64,000 nt of DNA. Origin: Octopus sinensis (taxonomy: Eukaryota). The translations under genes were made by a program, and so were the position numbers. Within the stretch, counting starts at the first letter, position 1, and each line of letters opens with the position of its first letter. The notes under the pieces are model-generated. The model saw only the letters and a program-made list of their open reading frames with translations, had not been told where the DNA came from and ran no database searches. Positions 63,711 through 64,000 of this stretch are shown here, piece by piece. The stretch is from assembly GCF_006345805.1 (NCBI RefSeq), contig NC_043011.1:39320464-39384463 (forward strand), given 5' to 3'.

Positions 63711-63940
63711 TCTGATTTTCACATTTTATTATTTACAGTTTTACGATAAATTAGTACTTACATGCGTTATGCAATCATCAGGTTTATGTCGTGACTGCCA
63801 TGTTCCACAATTGACAACTGCGTGAATTGTGGAACACGACTGTCGCTATATAAACCTAATGATTGCTTATTGCATAAAAGTACTACTTTATTGTAAAATT
63901 GTAAAAATTGAAAAATATAAAAACATGAAAATCTGACTGT
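63711..63940. repeat. Long imperfect palindrome (core arms ~74 bp, 12-nt loop)
   Basis: ttttacgataaattagtact...tgttccacaatt (gacaactgcgtg) aattgtggaaca...agtactactttattgtaaaa. Confidence 0.9.
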
Positions 63941-64000
63941 TGGAATTTCTTTGATTAATATGTGTGTGTGTGTGTGTGTTTGTATGGAATCCTGTCTGTA

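Noticed and set aside
52061-64000. Next MAN1A exon (expected ..KA..LG.KLLPAF.TPTGIP..)
   Set aside because: Candidate acceptors at 55919 and 61858 do not give this peptide in any frame. The exon is presumably beyond the window.

Overview
AT-rich, microsatellite- and repeat-saturated animal genomic DNA. The repeat complement suggests an octopus or other coleoid cephalopod; this is an inference from recognised repeat motifs, not a database result. The only host protein-coding sequence I can support is two + strand exons of a class I Golgi alpha-1,2-mannosidase (GH47, MAN1A-like): 21374-21589 and 51980-52060, joined in phase 0 by a ~30.4-kb intron. The flanking exons were not found, so the rest of the window is probably also intron. 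Other content: tRNA-derived SINEs of several modular families, RTE, R4/Dong and CR1 LINE remnants, mariner/Tc1 relics, TTAA (piggyBac-type) and hAT MITEs, two non-autonomous Helitrons, satellites and hairpins. The most unexpected signal is a set of type I hammerhead-ribozyme motifs (CUGANGA...GAAA...GUA) from several different (TA)n-associated repeat families. One is an intact minimal ribozyme at 58011-58048 (-), and several lie sense to the mannosidase pre-mRNA. Also notable: a 5x219-bp MITE concatemer, a possible in-frame alternative acceptor, a possible poison exon and two long near-perfect hairpins. Almost all ORFs in the supplied track are microsatellite or repeat artefacts. SINE family letters (A, C, D, H, I) are my own working labels, and repeat boundaries are approximate unless a target-site duplication (TSD) or terminal inverted repeat (TIR) is quoted.
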